Shown here: one piece after another, positions 50,471 to 63,623 of the stretch
Layout of the letters: every line of letters begins with the position of its first letter
Numbering within the stretch: position 1 is the stretch's first letter
Origin: Octopus sinensis
Taxonomy: Eukaryota
Assembly (NCBI RefSeq): GCF_006345805.1
Contig: NC_042999.1
Span: 57,846,001 to 57,910,000, forward strand
Length of the DNA stretch: 64,000 nucleotides
Direction: 5' to 3'
Notes under the pieces: model-generated
Seen by the model: only the letters and a program-made list of their open reading frames with translations
Database searches by the model: none
What the model was told of the DNA's origin: nothing
Made by a program: the position numbers and the translations under genes

Positions 50471-50840
50471 TGGAGGCGCAATGGCCCAGTGGTTAGGGCA
50501 GCGGACTCGCGGTCATAGGATCGGGCGTTGTGAGTGTTTATTGAGCGAAAACACCTAAAGCTCCACGAGGCTCCGGCAGGGGATGGTGGTGATCCCTGCT
50601 GTACTCTTTCACCACAACTTTCTTTCACTCTTACTTCCTGTTTCTGTTGTACCTGTATTTCAAAGGGCCGGCCTTGTCACTCTCTGTGTCACGCTGAATA
50701 TCCCCGAGAACTACGTTAAGGGTCCACGTGTCTGTGGAGTGCTCAGCCACTTCCACGTTAATTTCACAAGCAGGCTGTTCCGTTGATTCGGATCAACCGG
50801 AACCCTCGTCGTTGTAACCGACGGAGTGCTTCCATTCCAC
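50471..50840 (+). mobile_element. SINE family D + tail Y, with TSD
   Basis: TSD tcagaactgg at 50461-70 and 50841-50; tRNA-like head whose B-box region appears deleted. Confidence 0.88.
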
Positions 50841-50944
50841 TCAGAACTGGTATATATATTTTTTTTTTTACCGATTCCAGAAAGTACGGCATTGTAGACC
50901 TCAACTAAATCTGAGCTCTGTGTGCAGAAAGTCTGAACAAATAT

Positions 50945-51160
50945 TGGTTTCAAAATTTTGGCACAAGGCCAGCAGGAATGGAAGAGGGGTTGAGTCGATA
51001 ACATTAACCCGAATGCTCAACTGATATTTATTTTATCGACCCCTAAAGGATGAAAGGAAAAGTCAGCCTCGGCAGAATCTGTACTCAGAACGTAAGTATG
51101 GACGAAATGCCGCAAAACATTTTGTCCGGCGTGCTAATGGTTCTGTCAGCTTGCCGCCTT
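50945..51160 (-). mobile_element. SINE family B, diverged
   Basis: Body and tail recognisable. Further diverged copies at about 3500-3655, 22679-22765, 47630-47740, 52425-52550, 52870-53066, 55143-55340 and 61722-61892. Confidence 0.75.
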
Positions 51161-51850
51161 AGAACAAATGTCGCAAGCCATTGACGACTCTGCCAGTTCG
51201 ACGCTTTAAATAACTACTTAAAATGGTACCAATAGCATATAAGGGTCTGCTCAAGTTGTCATTGAACTTGAAGTAAATAAATTATGAGCTTGTCTAGAAT
51301 GAAACATCAGTGACATCAGAAAATTATGTGGCTGTTGCAATATTGAAGTAATTATTAATTTAATACCGTCGTTTGTGGAATTCCATTCTGTTATTTTACG
51401 CAAGACGGATGACTGATTCAAGCAAACATTTCCTTTAAAACTGGCGTCGAGTCAAAAACTTTCTTAATTCCTGAGTAACACACCCTTTACAAACTATGAT
51501 GCAAACAACACGTTAATAGCTTTGACATTTTCCAATTATGAAACTGATGACTTAAACAAGATGCACCAATATGAGGACTACTTCAACTGGCAGAAAATTT
51601 GAAGTGAGGAATTCTTGATTTTCCAGATAAGATTTGAAGTTTTTTTTTAGACTTACACACATACACACACACACGCGCGTGTATATATGTATGTATGTAC
51701 GTAAGTGTGTGCGCGCGTGTATGTGTGTATGTAAATATTTCAATGTGTGTGAGTATGTGTGTGCATGGTTGTGTTTGTGTTTGTATCTGGGACCTGTCGT
51801 CTGAGTAAGCTAGGTGTGGAGTGCCTGGTAGATATGCATATATAATTATA

Positions 51851-52253
51851 AATAATCCTTTCTACTCTAGGCACAAGGCCTGAAATTTTGAGGGAGGAGG
51901 CCAGTCGATTAGATCGACCCCAGTACGCAACTGGTACTTAATTTATTGACGCCGAAAGGATGAGAGGCAAAGTCGACCTCGGCAGAATTTGAACTAGAAC
52001 GTAAAGACAGGCGAAATACCTATTTCTTTACTGCCCACACGGGGCTAAACACAGAGAGGACAAACAAGGACAGACAAACGGATTAAGTCGATTATATCGA
52101 TCCCAGTGCGTAAATGGTACTTATTTAATCGACCCCGAAGGGATGAAAGGCAAAGTCGACCTCGGCGGAATTTGAACTCAGAACGTAACGGCAGATGAAA
52201 TACCGCTAAGCATTTCGCCCGGCGTGCTAACGATTCTGCCAGCTCACCGCCTT
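51851..52253 (-). mobile_element. SINE family B dimer with two different tails
   Basis: Junction gaaatacc|tatttcttta at 52020/52021. Confidence 0.88.
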
Positions 52254-52334
52254 TATAACTATTTTTCACGTATTCCTGTGTATTGGTGTATATTAAATCT
52301 TCTCTTCTCTCTCTAACTATTTATTTCTCTCGCC

Positions 52335-52379
<45 letters not shown>

Positions 52380-52597
52380 GTGTGTGTGTGTGTGTGTGCG
52401 TGTGTGTATGTGTGTGCGCATACATGACGAGTTGGCACAATCGTTAGCACGCCAGGCAAAATGCTTAGCGGCATTTCGTCCGTCTTTACGTTCTGAATTC
52501 AAATTCTGCTGAGGTCGGCTTTGCTTTTCATCCTTTTGGGGTCGATAAAATACCCAACTAGGCCGCTCCTCCGAACTTACTTAAGCTATAATTTGAA

Positions 52598-52635
<38 letters not shown>

Positions 52636-53080
52636 ATATATACGACGGGCTTCTTTCACTCAAACTTCACAAGTAAAACTGAGTCGACGGAAAATGTCTA
52701 AAAGCTTGTTAGTTAGACGTACTTGTAATTGTAAGGGCCAACCGTGTGACACATTGTGTCTTTCTTGAAAATTACTTTAAGGGACTTTCAGCCGCGCACC
52801 AGTAAATTCAATAAAAAGTGGTTCTGTTGAAAATCCATTTACATTGCTTACTTATAGCAGTATTTCTTATTGGTTTCAAATTTTGGCACAAAGCCAGCAA
52901 TTTCAGGGACGGTGTTAAATTGATTACAACGATTCCAGCATCCCAGTGCTCAACTGGTACTTATTTTGTCGGCCTCGGCTGAATTTGAACTCAGAATATA
53001 AGGATGGACGAAATGCCGCAAAGTATTTTGCTTTGCGTGCTAACGATTCTGCCATCTCGCCGCTTTTAGCAGTATATATA

Positions 53081-53350
53081 CTCTTTTACTTGTTTCAGTC
53101 GTTTGACTGTGGCCATGCTGGAGCACCGCCTTTAGTCGAGCAAATCGACCCCAGGACTTATTCTTTGTAAGCCTAGTACTTATTCTATCGGTCTCTCTTT
53201 TGCCGAACCGCTAAGTTACAGGGGCGTAAACACACCACCATCGGTTGTCAAGTGATGTTGGGAGGACAAACACAGACACACAAACATATACACATACATA
53301 CATACATACATACATACATACATACATACATACATACATACATACATACA

Positions 53351-53386
<36 letters not shown>

Positions 53387-53562
53387 TATTCATATATACG
53401 ACGGGCTTCTTTCAGCTTCCGCCTACCAAATCCATTCACAAGGCTTTGGTCGGCCCGAGGCTATAGTAGAAGACATTAGCCCAAGGTGCCACGCAGTGGG
53501 GCTGAACCCGGAACCATGTGGTTGGTAAGCAAGCTACCTACCACACAGCCACTCCTGCGCCT
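53081..53562 (-). mobile_element. SINE family A, full length
   Basis: Head to tail, with an expanded internal (TACA)n. Confidence 0.92.
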
Positions 53563-53734
53563 ACGTATATATCTTGTGGAACATACATACATGTATGTAT
53601 AACCAGTTTCTTTCATTTTCCGTCTACCAAAATCCACACACCAGGAGACACTTGCCCAAGGTGCCACGCAATAAGACTAAACCCGGAGCCATGCGTATAT
53701 ACATACATATACACACACGTGCACGCTTGTGTTT

Positions 53735-54400
53735 TACCGAAAGTAATGCAAAAGTGGGACAAAAATATTTAAAGGAAAGAAAAACAGCATCGAAGACAAA
53801 CCATGCGGTGGGAGACCATTCAACTGCGACCAGTAATATGAACCGCCTACAAGTGGTTGAGTTGATCTCAAGATCAGTGAGCTTGCTGCACAACTGAACT
53901 GTGCTCACAATGCATTGCAGAGTACGGAGGAAGATTTGGGGCATGAGAAAACGAGTACAAAGTGAGTGCATCGACAGTTGACATCCTTTTGAGGGAGAGA
54001 AGGGCGAAAGTTTTCTCTGATATGCTGGGAGCGTTTGAAGCCGATGAAGGAACTAGTTTTCACCCCCTATCGAGTGAAACAAGGTTGGAGGAAACGAGAG
54101 CGTATCTTTATGTTCCGGAAGCGAAGGTTCAGTTCATAAAATGACGGAACATCTCTTTTCCAATGACTAAGAAGTTCGAGAACTAGCGACCAGCCCACTA
54201 AGTCATGCTGATGGTTTTAGGATTACAACATCATTATCCTTGGTTTTCTGGAAAGTCAACGGCGAGCAGTACATTAAAACACTAAAAAGGCTTATAGAAG
54301 CCATTAGGAGAAAGAGACCGAACAAAAACCTGAATGCGATCCGCATTCGCCATAACGATGCGCGACAACACGCATTTTTGGCAACAAATCAGGCTTTGAT
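53735..54400 (+). mobile_element. Decayed mariner transposase fragment
   Basis: SIEDKPCGGRP, EDLG-MRK, ETRAYLYVPE and VNGEQYIKTLKRLIEAIRRKRP...HNDARQH occur in the expected order. Confidence 0.7.
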
Positions 54401-54466
54401 TTATATCTCCAGACATCAACGTATTCCAGTAATCACCTACCTCTATAATACGTGTATGTATTATAT

Positions 54467-55134
54467 AGCACCCCCTATTTCCACTCGATATTATCGATAA
54501 CATTCAATATAATGAGTCCTTTTTTCTTTAATTCTTTCTTTATGCTTGTACATTATATAATCCTTAAGCTTAATGCCAGTAGCCATCCCTAGATTATGAA
54601 AAAAATACAAAATCCTTGTATAGAACTGTGTGCTTTACAGTTCCAGTGACATGGTGTTTGGCTGTTGTGCGCATGCCCACATGTCAGAGATAGGAAGCTT
54701 CACGCTAGGGAGAGAGAGCGCTGTCGTTCACGCAGTGCCGACCCTTGTGTGCTGGTGAAAGGTAATGTTTCTTTTTGACTCCACGCGTGTTGTGCTTCAA
54801 AACGTGTTTATATTCTTGAATGGGATAAAGTGTAGAATTAGATTATTGTCCTGCGTTAAGCTTCAGTGTTACTGCTAGGATTTGAAAAATAGGGCAGATT
54901 CCCACCCTCTCCTTATTTTGTGATTTAGGAGGGATTTTTGAAAAACAAGGGGGAAATCGCAGCGGTGTTCAATGAACAAATTAAACACGTTACCCGGCAG
55001 TGGCTAAAACGCGAACCGATCAAGTTTATATATAAATTTTCTTTTTATATGTTTGTTTCCTTTTACACAACATTAAACAGCTAAACATTTTCTGAAGCAG
55101 CACCCCAACTAATTTTATCTACGAGCCACCACTG
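54467..55134 (-). mobile_element. Non-autonomous TIR element, copy 2 (opposite TIR retained)
   Basis: Inverted homologue of 38535-39152; ends on + with ctacgagccaccactg. Confidence 0.8.
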
Positions 55135-55476
55135 ATTATATTGATTTCAAATTTTGGCACAAAGCCAGCAAGTTTCGACTACATCAACTCCAGCGCTCAA
55201 CTGGTACTTATTCTATCGACACCCAAAGGATGATAGACAAAGTCGATTTCGGTGGATTTGAACTCAGAACGTAAGGATGGACGAAATGTTGCACTGCATT
55301 TAGCCTGGTTTGTTAGCTATTATGCCAGCTCGCTGCCTTACTTGTACATATTACATTGATTAGAACTTCGTGTATCCTTCTGGCAACGTATGGCAGCAGG
55401 AATATTGTTCTACTGTCAATAGTTTCAGGAGACAGTCTATAATTTGTTTTGTTTTTGTTTTTGTGTTGTTTTCTTT

Positions 55477-56087
55477 TTAAATAGTTTCAAAAATCTTTAT
55501 CTTTTTGACATGCTTAACGTATATATAATCGTTGAAAAGTGTGAGACTTTTGTGTTCGTCTCGGAGGAAATATCCTTTACAAACATGGTGTATTAAAAAA
55601 TCTATATATATAAACTCAACTTGTGTGTCTGTGTTTAACTTCCCGGCACATCTCCTCCTAGCAACAAATCGTAGAACCAAAAAATGGGTCACTTAAATTT
55701 AGGCGAATGAAAATTGAACTGCGCTATTTCTGTTCCGAAATTCATCTCGCAAGTGCAAAAATCAATAATGTGTTTGTTGTTAAATAGTTTCAAAAATCTT
55801 TATCTTTTTGACATGCTTAACGTATATATAATCGTTGAAAAAGTGTGAGACTTTTGTGTTCGTCTCGGAAAATATCCCTTTACAAACATGGTGTATTAAA
55901 AATCTATATATATAAAACTCAACTTGTGTGTCTGTGTGTTTAACTTCCCGGCACATCTCCTCCTAGCCAACAAATCGTAGAACCACAAAAAATGGGTCAC
56001 TTAAAGTTTAGGCGAATGAAAATTGAACTGCGCTATTTCTGTTCCGAAATTCATCTCGCAAGTGCAAAAATCAATAATGTGTTTGTT
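55477..56087 (+). repeat. Tandem duplication, period about 303 bp
   Basis: The two copies (55477-55779, 55780-56087) differ essentially only by 1-2 nt indels. Confidence 0.92.
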
Positions 56088-56712
56088 TAGGCCTTATCCC
56101 ATGCATTGAATAGTGAACTTTACTCAGTCAGCTGTTTGACGTGAACTGTGTTCACCACGCGTGCAAGCATGCGTAAATGCATGGAAAATAAAAAATCAAG
56201 AATAAAAACGAATCGCCGTAAAACATTGTAGAGATTCGGCAAAGAAATGAATTTTCGGGATGTAGCCTGGAGGGGTTTTTCAATTTTAATCGTTTGGACT
56301 TTGTGAAACACATACCAATTGTTTCATAACATTTTTAACGCTTTAATGAAAATGTGACCATTTGCGTTGAGTCTGGTTTTGAATCACTTTAACAAATTTT
56401 AGCAGGCCAGATTTTTGATCATCACGATACATCGCCAGCGACTCCCTGAAACTCTCCCCTGAAATCCCCGTTGAGACATACTGATCTAAAAGAATAATTC
56501 AAACAATGCAATTATTTGATCAACAAAACTTTATGAAACGCTTCAACGTACTTCCTATTGAGGAAATGGAACACATAAGCGCAAAAATAGAGGGCATTAA
56601 ATGCTTGATTTTAAAACCAAAATAATTTAATTTTGATTGAACTTCATCCAAGTTTAGCTTAATTCGCGCGTGCATAGAACGCACGAGCGCACGAACCGGG
56701 CAATACTGCTAG
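55903..56712 (+). mobile_element. Non-autonomous Helitron (about 810 bp)
   Basis: A|TCtatatatataaa 5' end (duplicated at 55601); 3' hairpin cgtgc-atagaac-gcacg; ends CTAG|T at 56709-13. Confidence 0.7.
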
Positions 56713-56875
56713 TAATATATATTTCTGAGTAGATTCAGACTTTTCAACAGCATTCATATGTTAAGTATGTCATAAATATAAAAATTTTCATCTTAGCGTT
56801 AACTTCTAGCGCACAATTCGGATTAAATAGTGTAAGGGAGATAACTGTGCTTTCGTTCCTTTGGTGAAACTAGTA

Positions 56876-57263
56876 ACGTAAATCCTCGAGTATAATCCGC
56901 ATTCCCCCCCCCCCCAAATTAAAAGGTCAAAATCCCTAGTGCGTACTATATACGGGGCTAAAAATGAAAATCGTTTCCTAAGCAATGTCCGAGATTCTAT
57001 TTGCTGTCCGGCAATGTTTATTGAGACGCATTTTGTGATGTCGGACGTGAAAATACCTTAAGCTAAGCCTGAAAACAATGAATATGTTATATATACAATG
57101 ATAATAAAGGACGTTAGCGTATACATTTTTACAAACCAAGGACATTATATCGACCTCCTTGACTCAAGTATTATACACAAGGTTTAGGTTTTTCAGAGGT
57201 GCAGCCCCCTAAAAATACCCTGCGTATTATACTCAAGGGCGGACTATACTCGAGGATTTACGG
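56876..57263 (+). mobile_element. pogo/Tigger-derived MITE, copy C (shortest)
   Basis: TA TSDs; same TIRs and subterminal sequence as copies A and B. Confidence 0.88.
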
Positions 57264-57701
57264 TATGTGTTAGAAATCGATATTGTTTTATAAAAAAATT
57301 ATTCTTGTAGATTATTATCATCATCGTCGTCCGTCGTAATCATTATGATTTTATGTCCGTTTTTCCGTGCACGCATGGGTTTGATGTGTCTTTTCAACAC
57401 TGTGCCTCGCTTCTTGTTGCGATCTTTTGCCGTCTCTTTTTAGAGCTTCAGTCTCCATCACTTCTTTTCATGTCCCCTTCGGCTGAGCCAAAGGAAGCCT
57501 CTATGTTATCGTCCAACCTATTAGAAAAAGTAGCTAAATAACCCTCAAAAACCACACGCCCATCTTTTGAAAAGATCACATGTTTGACAATGTTGTCCTG
57601 GTGTCCCCGCACGTCAGAAAAGCTGAGATGGCCACGGAATTTACCTTTAATCATTCATACATCTACCTGATTGAATGTAAACATAAAGCACACACACTAT
57701 A

Positions 57702-58084
57702 CTCTTTTACTCTTTTACTTGTTTCAGTCATTTGACTGCAGCCATGCTGGAGCACCGCCTTTAGTCGAGCAAATCGACCCCGGGACTTATTCTTTGTAAG
57801 CCCAGTACTTATTCTATCGGTCTCTTTTGCCGAACCGCTAAGTTACGGGGACGTAGACACACTAGGGGGACAAACACAGACACACAAACATATACACACA
57901 CACACACATATATATATATATACATACATATATACGACAGGCTTCTTTCAGTTTCCGTCTACCAAATCCACTCACAAGGCATTGGTCGGCCCGGGGCTAT
58001 AGCAGAAGACACTTGCCCAAGATGCCACGCAGTGGGGCTGAACCCGGAACCATGTGGTTGGTTAGCAAGATACTTACCACACAG
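57702..58084 (-). mobile_element. SINE family A
   Basis: Near full length; the 5' end is slightly clipped. Confidence 0.9.
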
Positions 58085-58251
58085 TGTGTAATCTTTATTT
58101 AATTCTAATTTTTTTAAAAACCATTTCAATAAAACGGATTATATATACTTCTTAAAATGATATTGTTTCAATATTTCCTGTTATTCGTTTAACTGTTACT
58201 TCAGGTTTCTTGTGTTGTTTGGTTTTGGTTTTGATTTTTTACTCTTTGCTA

Positions 58252-58656
58252 TTTTACCCTTTTACTTGTTTCAGTCATTTGACTGCGGCCATGCTTGAGC
58301 ACCGCCTTTAGTCGAGCAAATCGACCCCAGGGCTTATTCTTTGTAAGCATAGTACTTATTCTATCGGTTACTTTTACCGAACCGCTAAGTTACGTGGACG
58401 TAAACACACCAGCATTGGTTGTCAAGCGATGTTGGGTGGTGGTGGTGGACAAACACGGACACACAAGCACACACACACACCACACACATATATATATATA
58501 CGACGGGCTTCTTTCAGTTTCCGTCTGCCAAATCCACTCACAAGGCTTTGGTCGGCCCGAGGCTATTTTAGAAGACACTTGCCCAAGGTGCCACGCAATG
58601 GGACTGAACCCGGAACCATGTGGTTGGTAAGCAAGCTACTTACCACACAGCCACTC
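58252..58656 (-). mobile_element. SINE family A
   Basis: Near full length. Confidence 0.9.
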
Positions 58657-61600
58657 ACTCTTTTCGATAAATTGCATTTCGATCAGCTGTCTACATATTC
58701 TAATTATACATATTGTGCTTAACTCATATTATGAGTTTGTTTTGTTTTTCTCACAGATGAAGTTTATTCAAATATTGGTAAAACGGCTGCGCAGCAGCAG
58801 TAGTAAGGTAGCCTAGCTGACGTTTAAAAAAAACTTGGTTGCAGTCCTTCCTTGTATAGTAAATGCAATATAAAATTCCCACTGCATTCGTTCTAAAACT
58901 CGACTAACAGAATCGTTAAAGAACTGAATAAATTTCCTTAAGAATAAAATTCCTTAAGGCTCGAGCTCTTTTATGTTCTGAATTCAAATCCCAATATAAA
59001 CTATATTCTTCTTCCTATTGGGGGTCAATAAAATAAAGTATCATTTAAGTACTGAAGTCGATTTATTTTCCTATAACGAAAGCAAATGAGATGTGGATCG
59101 AATAAAGCTAACATAACTTCTTAGAATACGATCTAAAATGACATATGCAATAGTTATCTCCCTTTAACCAGTTGGGCTGTTACTTTTAATTTCAGGTTGA
59201 ATGAATTAAAGTGAGTCGCAACGTTTACAGATCTTTTGGCCTGATTTATCAAATCTAGATCTAATCAACTTTGTCTTCTTCTTTCTGAGATCAATAAGAT
59301 AAGTACATCCAATCAAGTATTGGATTCATTGTCATCGACAATATCAGCTTTCCTAAGTCATTCATCCGAATGTGTCGAATGTCGAATGCAGATCGAAATT
59401 TCATTAGAGGCGGCGATTTTTCCTTTTAACTCCGGAACGTTTTTCGAAAGGCATAATATCAGTTTCAATTCTCCCTCTACTAAAATATAAGCCCTTAAGG
59501 GTGGTGAAAAGGAGAACAATATTTCAAACTTTTTGACAAACCCCTTGTATTTAAGATAAATTTAAGGAGAGAAACATAACTGCTACCCGATTTCGATTTT
59601 TTTTTTTTTTTTTTTTTACTTTTCGTTGCCTGTGTGCTTTGGAGAGAACAACCATTCACTTCTCATTATAATAGAAGGTTTACATTATATTTACACTGTA
59701 GGAGAGTGCCTGTCGGACATTTTGCTGACAGACTGACGTATGGTCATATATATGCACATACACGTATATATAAAGCACCATGGATGTGGAGTGGTTGGCG
59801 TTAGGAAGGGCATCCAGTTGTAGAAACCAAACCAAAACAGATTATGGAACCTGGTGTGGCTCCTGGCCTTACCTATTCTTGCCAAGCTGTCCAATCTATG
59901 CCAGCATGGGAATATGGACCATAAGGGTAGGGGTGCATGAGTGGCATGGATCAGATTCGAAAGGTGGAGGCTAGTCGTGGTACAAAAACATTCTAGCCAT
60001 AACCATCCTACCTTTTTCAGGTGAAAGGAACCTAAGTTCATTAAAAAAAAAAACGTAGAGCTGCTATTTCTAGCAGGTCGAGCAACTACGTTGGTTCAGT
60101 TAACGGCGTGATGCTAATCAGTCAGTGGTCCTTTCTTTATAGATTATTCGCATATATTATGGTAGGCCCCTTTACGCCAAAAGCAAATTAACCCTGTCAA
60201 ACTGATATAAGATCCTCTAGTCGATAATTTAGACTAAAAACTTTAGGTGGTGTTCCAGCCCAATTTACTGAAACCAGTGAATTTATTGGTTTTTTATTCC
60301 CCACTCAATGAATATTTTCTGTTGTTGTAACTAAGAAAAAGAACCCGGTTGCAAAACAATGTCTAGATCACTTAATACGGATTCGTATTAAAATGAGTTT
60401 GGTGGGACGAGAAGAATTTGTTGCACAATGAGACTACAAACAGCTGTCAGAATCAAACGTTTGGCAAGTAAACGACATGTCCTAGTGAAGCAGACCTATG
60501 ATCAAATGCGTTCCAACTGTGACTACCTCTTTTCAATTCATATACTGTATGTATGGGAATATGGATATAATTAGCTGAAGGAACTAAAGAATCGCATTAT
60601 TCAATATAACCCTCGTTTTTGTTAGACGGTGATAAGGAAAATAATGCGATCAATTAACATTACTTCGCTTTTTGGAATTAGATGGAAATTGTAGAAAGGA
60701 AGGCGTGAGAAGTTGGTTAAAAATTTAAAGTTGAATATATGTAATATGCAATACATAACTAGCAACCAATACACTCTAGACAAGGCGGTTATAATCTGTA
60801 GTAGTGGTTGGAAAAGGAATAAGCTGGAAACCGGTAATTTCTGTTGGCAAAAGGGCGCGAATATTTGATAAGTCCAAATCGCGCCAAGCTGGCCTTTGTT
60901 AATATATTTAAGGTTTTGTGCTAATTAACAATACCCTCCACCAGATTCTCTAGCCTTGTATCAAAGACAATCAGAGAATAAGTTACAATTAGATATTATT
61001 TACAATAAGTACCAGCTGAGCACTGGAGTCGATGTAATCGATTGATACCTACCGTAAATTTGCTGGTTTTGTGCCAAAATATGAAAGCAATTTATTTATG
61101 GGAGCACCAAATACTAAAGTAGAAAATAATATGCGGTGAGGGAAACAGTATTGGTAAATCTTTATTTGTTATTTGCTTGCATTTCAAAATGAAATGAAAT
61201 CAATTTTAACGTTTCTGAAGTTTAAATATTTATCATAAGATGCAAAAAAAAAAGGTAAAGAAAAGAAAATGTCTAAGATTTTTTTTTAAGAATTTTGACA
61301 CAAAGATTGAAATGTGAAATAACAAAGGAGAAGCGCCCAAACTTTGTAAGTTCAGTTCAGTAAGCGCAGAATAAAGTAATTCTTTCTTTACATTCACGCC
61401 CGCTTTCTGCACCAACTGTCATTGACAGTTGTATTTATCATACGGGCGAGAAATAGCAGCCAGGTTACATAATACTGCTTTTAGAAAAGGGAAGGACACG
61501 TTAATGTAGTCCTAAAGTCCCTAAGAAGACAGGATGGTCCCGTCCGTATCCTTTCGAGACGTTTGCAGGATATAGGCTGACTTGGGGTTAAGCAACATTG

Positions 61601-62531
61601 CATTCTTTACATCAATTATTGGCGCCGTGTTTGAAGGATTTAAAAGATTTCTTCTTGAGCTATTATTCAATTTTTAGCAGAAGGAAAAGAAACGGAACTG
61701 ATAATGCTTCGTGTTTTAAGCACAATCCTGAAATTTTGGGGGATTTAAGTAAGTTGATGATATCGATCCCAGGATGCAAATGGTACTTATTTAATCGCTC
61801 AGCAAATGGTTAAATTGATCACAGCGGAACGTGAACTCAGAACGCAAAGACAGACGAAATGCCGCTAAACATTTCTCCCAGCTCGCCGCCTTCAAGAAAC
61901 AGTACTAATAAAATAATGCACTTCTAAAAGAGATATTTATCAATATCTTTTTCTTCGTAATGGATAGGATTGTGTTAAATTACGCTCTTCCTCCCAAAAA
62001 GTCAAATAATGCAAGCGACATTTCAAGGGCCGTTCAACTTGCTAGAAACAGCAGCCAAATTCTCCCTAAAAAGACGACATATCGTCTTAATTAATTTATT
62101 AGATGATGTAGTCTAGCAAAAGGATTCTCAAAGTGGGCTCTGTGAAAAAATCCCCTAAACGAAATGCCGCTAAACATTTCTCCCAGGGCGCGATTAGACG
62201 GTTTCTTGATAAAAGAGTTTTGCTAAATGGATCAAAACTAAAAGCCAAGTAATTTTGGTTCTTATTTTAGGAATGTACATGACCCTCAGCCTGGCTAAAT
62301 CAGTACGGTGATCGTTAAACAGAGCCTCATTGCAACTTTTAAGTTGCGCCTAGATACCTCTGAACGATATCAACAGTGAGGCTATAAAATTGCATAAAGT
62401 CTGTTCTAAAGGTGTTAGAAGATAACAAAAATAAATGACTAAACGAAATCATCTTTCTCAACATTTGATTTCCTTAAACCTCTTATACAAGCTCATATGG
62501 TCGTTGATGGGAGGAAGTTCCGTTAGTTGTG

Positions 62532-62894
62532 CATCTGATTTGGTACCAGTAAACTATTCATTTGACTGGGATTGAAATTTCTACACTTTCTGATGGGATT
62601 TTTAATAAAGGATAAATGATTCGGAGTATTCCCTAGTTCAACGTCTGAAATAAATTTTGAAATGGAAAATAGAACATGCGAAAAATGCCCTTGTAGGTAG
62701 TCTCGCGTAGTCATCCAATCTTTTAAAGGCGTTCCAAAATCCACGACTCGTCCATCTGGTACCAGAACAATACTGTGCTTTCTTTTGATTGGGATTGAAA
62801 TTTCTACTCTTACTGATGGGCTTTTAATAAAAGACAAATGACTCGGAGTGTCCCCTAGTTTAACGTCTGAAATAAATTTTGAAATGGAAAATAA
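62532..62894. repeat. Direct repeat of about 142 bp, period about 221 bp
   Basis: catctg...gggattgaaatttctac...ttttgaaatggaaaata at 62532-62673 and 62753-62894. Confidence 0.85.
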
Positions 62895-63208
62895 GATAGA
62901 TAATGTAATCTGGGATACGTTGGATAAAGCCTGAAAATAATGCGAAAGCACGAACTTAACCTGGGGCGGAATGACAATAACTAGCGAGAATCCAGTGCTG
63001 ATATACTAGCTAGTAACCAGCTAGATTTGATGAAATAAATTTGATAATAAAGCTGTCGACCCAGATATGGATATGCCCAATAATGGTCAAATCCCGTCGT
63101 ATGAAGTTTATTTTGGTCTATGTATTCGCTTGTGACTAAGAAAGCAGCAGCGACAGTAATAGCTTAACTCGACAATAAGTTGAGATGAACAGTGGTCAGG
63201 ATATGAGG

Positions 63209-63224
63209 GGCCCTTAAAAGGGCC
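63209..63224 (-). terminator. Histone 3' stem-loop of H2B
   Basis: GGCCCT-TTTA-AGGGCC, 28 nt after the stop, preceded by CCCAAAT; AATAAA further downstream at 63107-63112. Confidence 0.92.
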
Positions 63225-63251
63225 ATTTGGGTTTTCAAATACGAGGAAGAT

Positions 63252-63623
63252 TTACTTGGTGCTGGTGTATTTTGTGACAGCTTTCGTACCTTCAGAGACA
63301 GCGTGTTTGGCCAACTCACCAGGGAGGAGAAGACGGACAGCGGTCTGGACCTCACGACTGCTGATAGTTGAACGTTTGTTGTAGTGAGCTAAACGGCTGG
63401 CCTCATTAGCGATTCTTTCGAACAGATCGTTAACAAAGCTGTTCATGATGGACATAGCTTTGCTCGAGATGCCAGTATCAGGATGGACTTGTTTCATGAC
63501 TTTGTAGATGTAGATAGAATAACTTTCCTTCCTCTTCCTCTTCCTCTTCTTGTCTCCAGTACGAGGGACTTTAGATTTGGACGCCTTTTTGGCTCCTTTG
63601 ACGGGTGTTGGTGTAGGTGGCAT
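63252..63623 (-). CDS. H2B: Histone H2B (123 aa, intronless)
   Basis: [27 protein letters not shown]...[23 protein letters not shown]. Confidence 0.99.
   Translation of the reverse strand: MPPTPTPVKGAKKASKSKVPRTGDKKRKRKRKESYSIYIYKVMKQVHPDTGISSKAMSIMNSFVNDLFERIANEASRLAHYNKRSTISSREVQTAVRLLLPGELAKHAVSEGTKAVTKYTSTK

Noticed and set aside
57353-57654. 62-68-aa ORFs of normal composition
   Set aside because: They overlap sequence resembling a dispersed repeat seen at about 47500 and 60060; no domain recognised.
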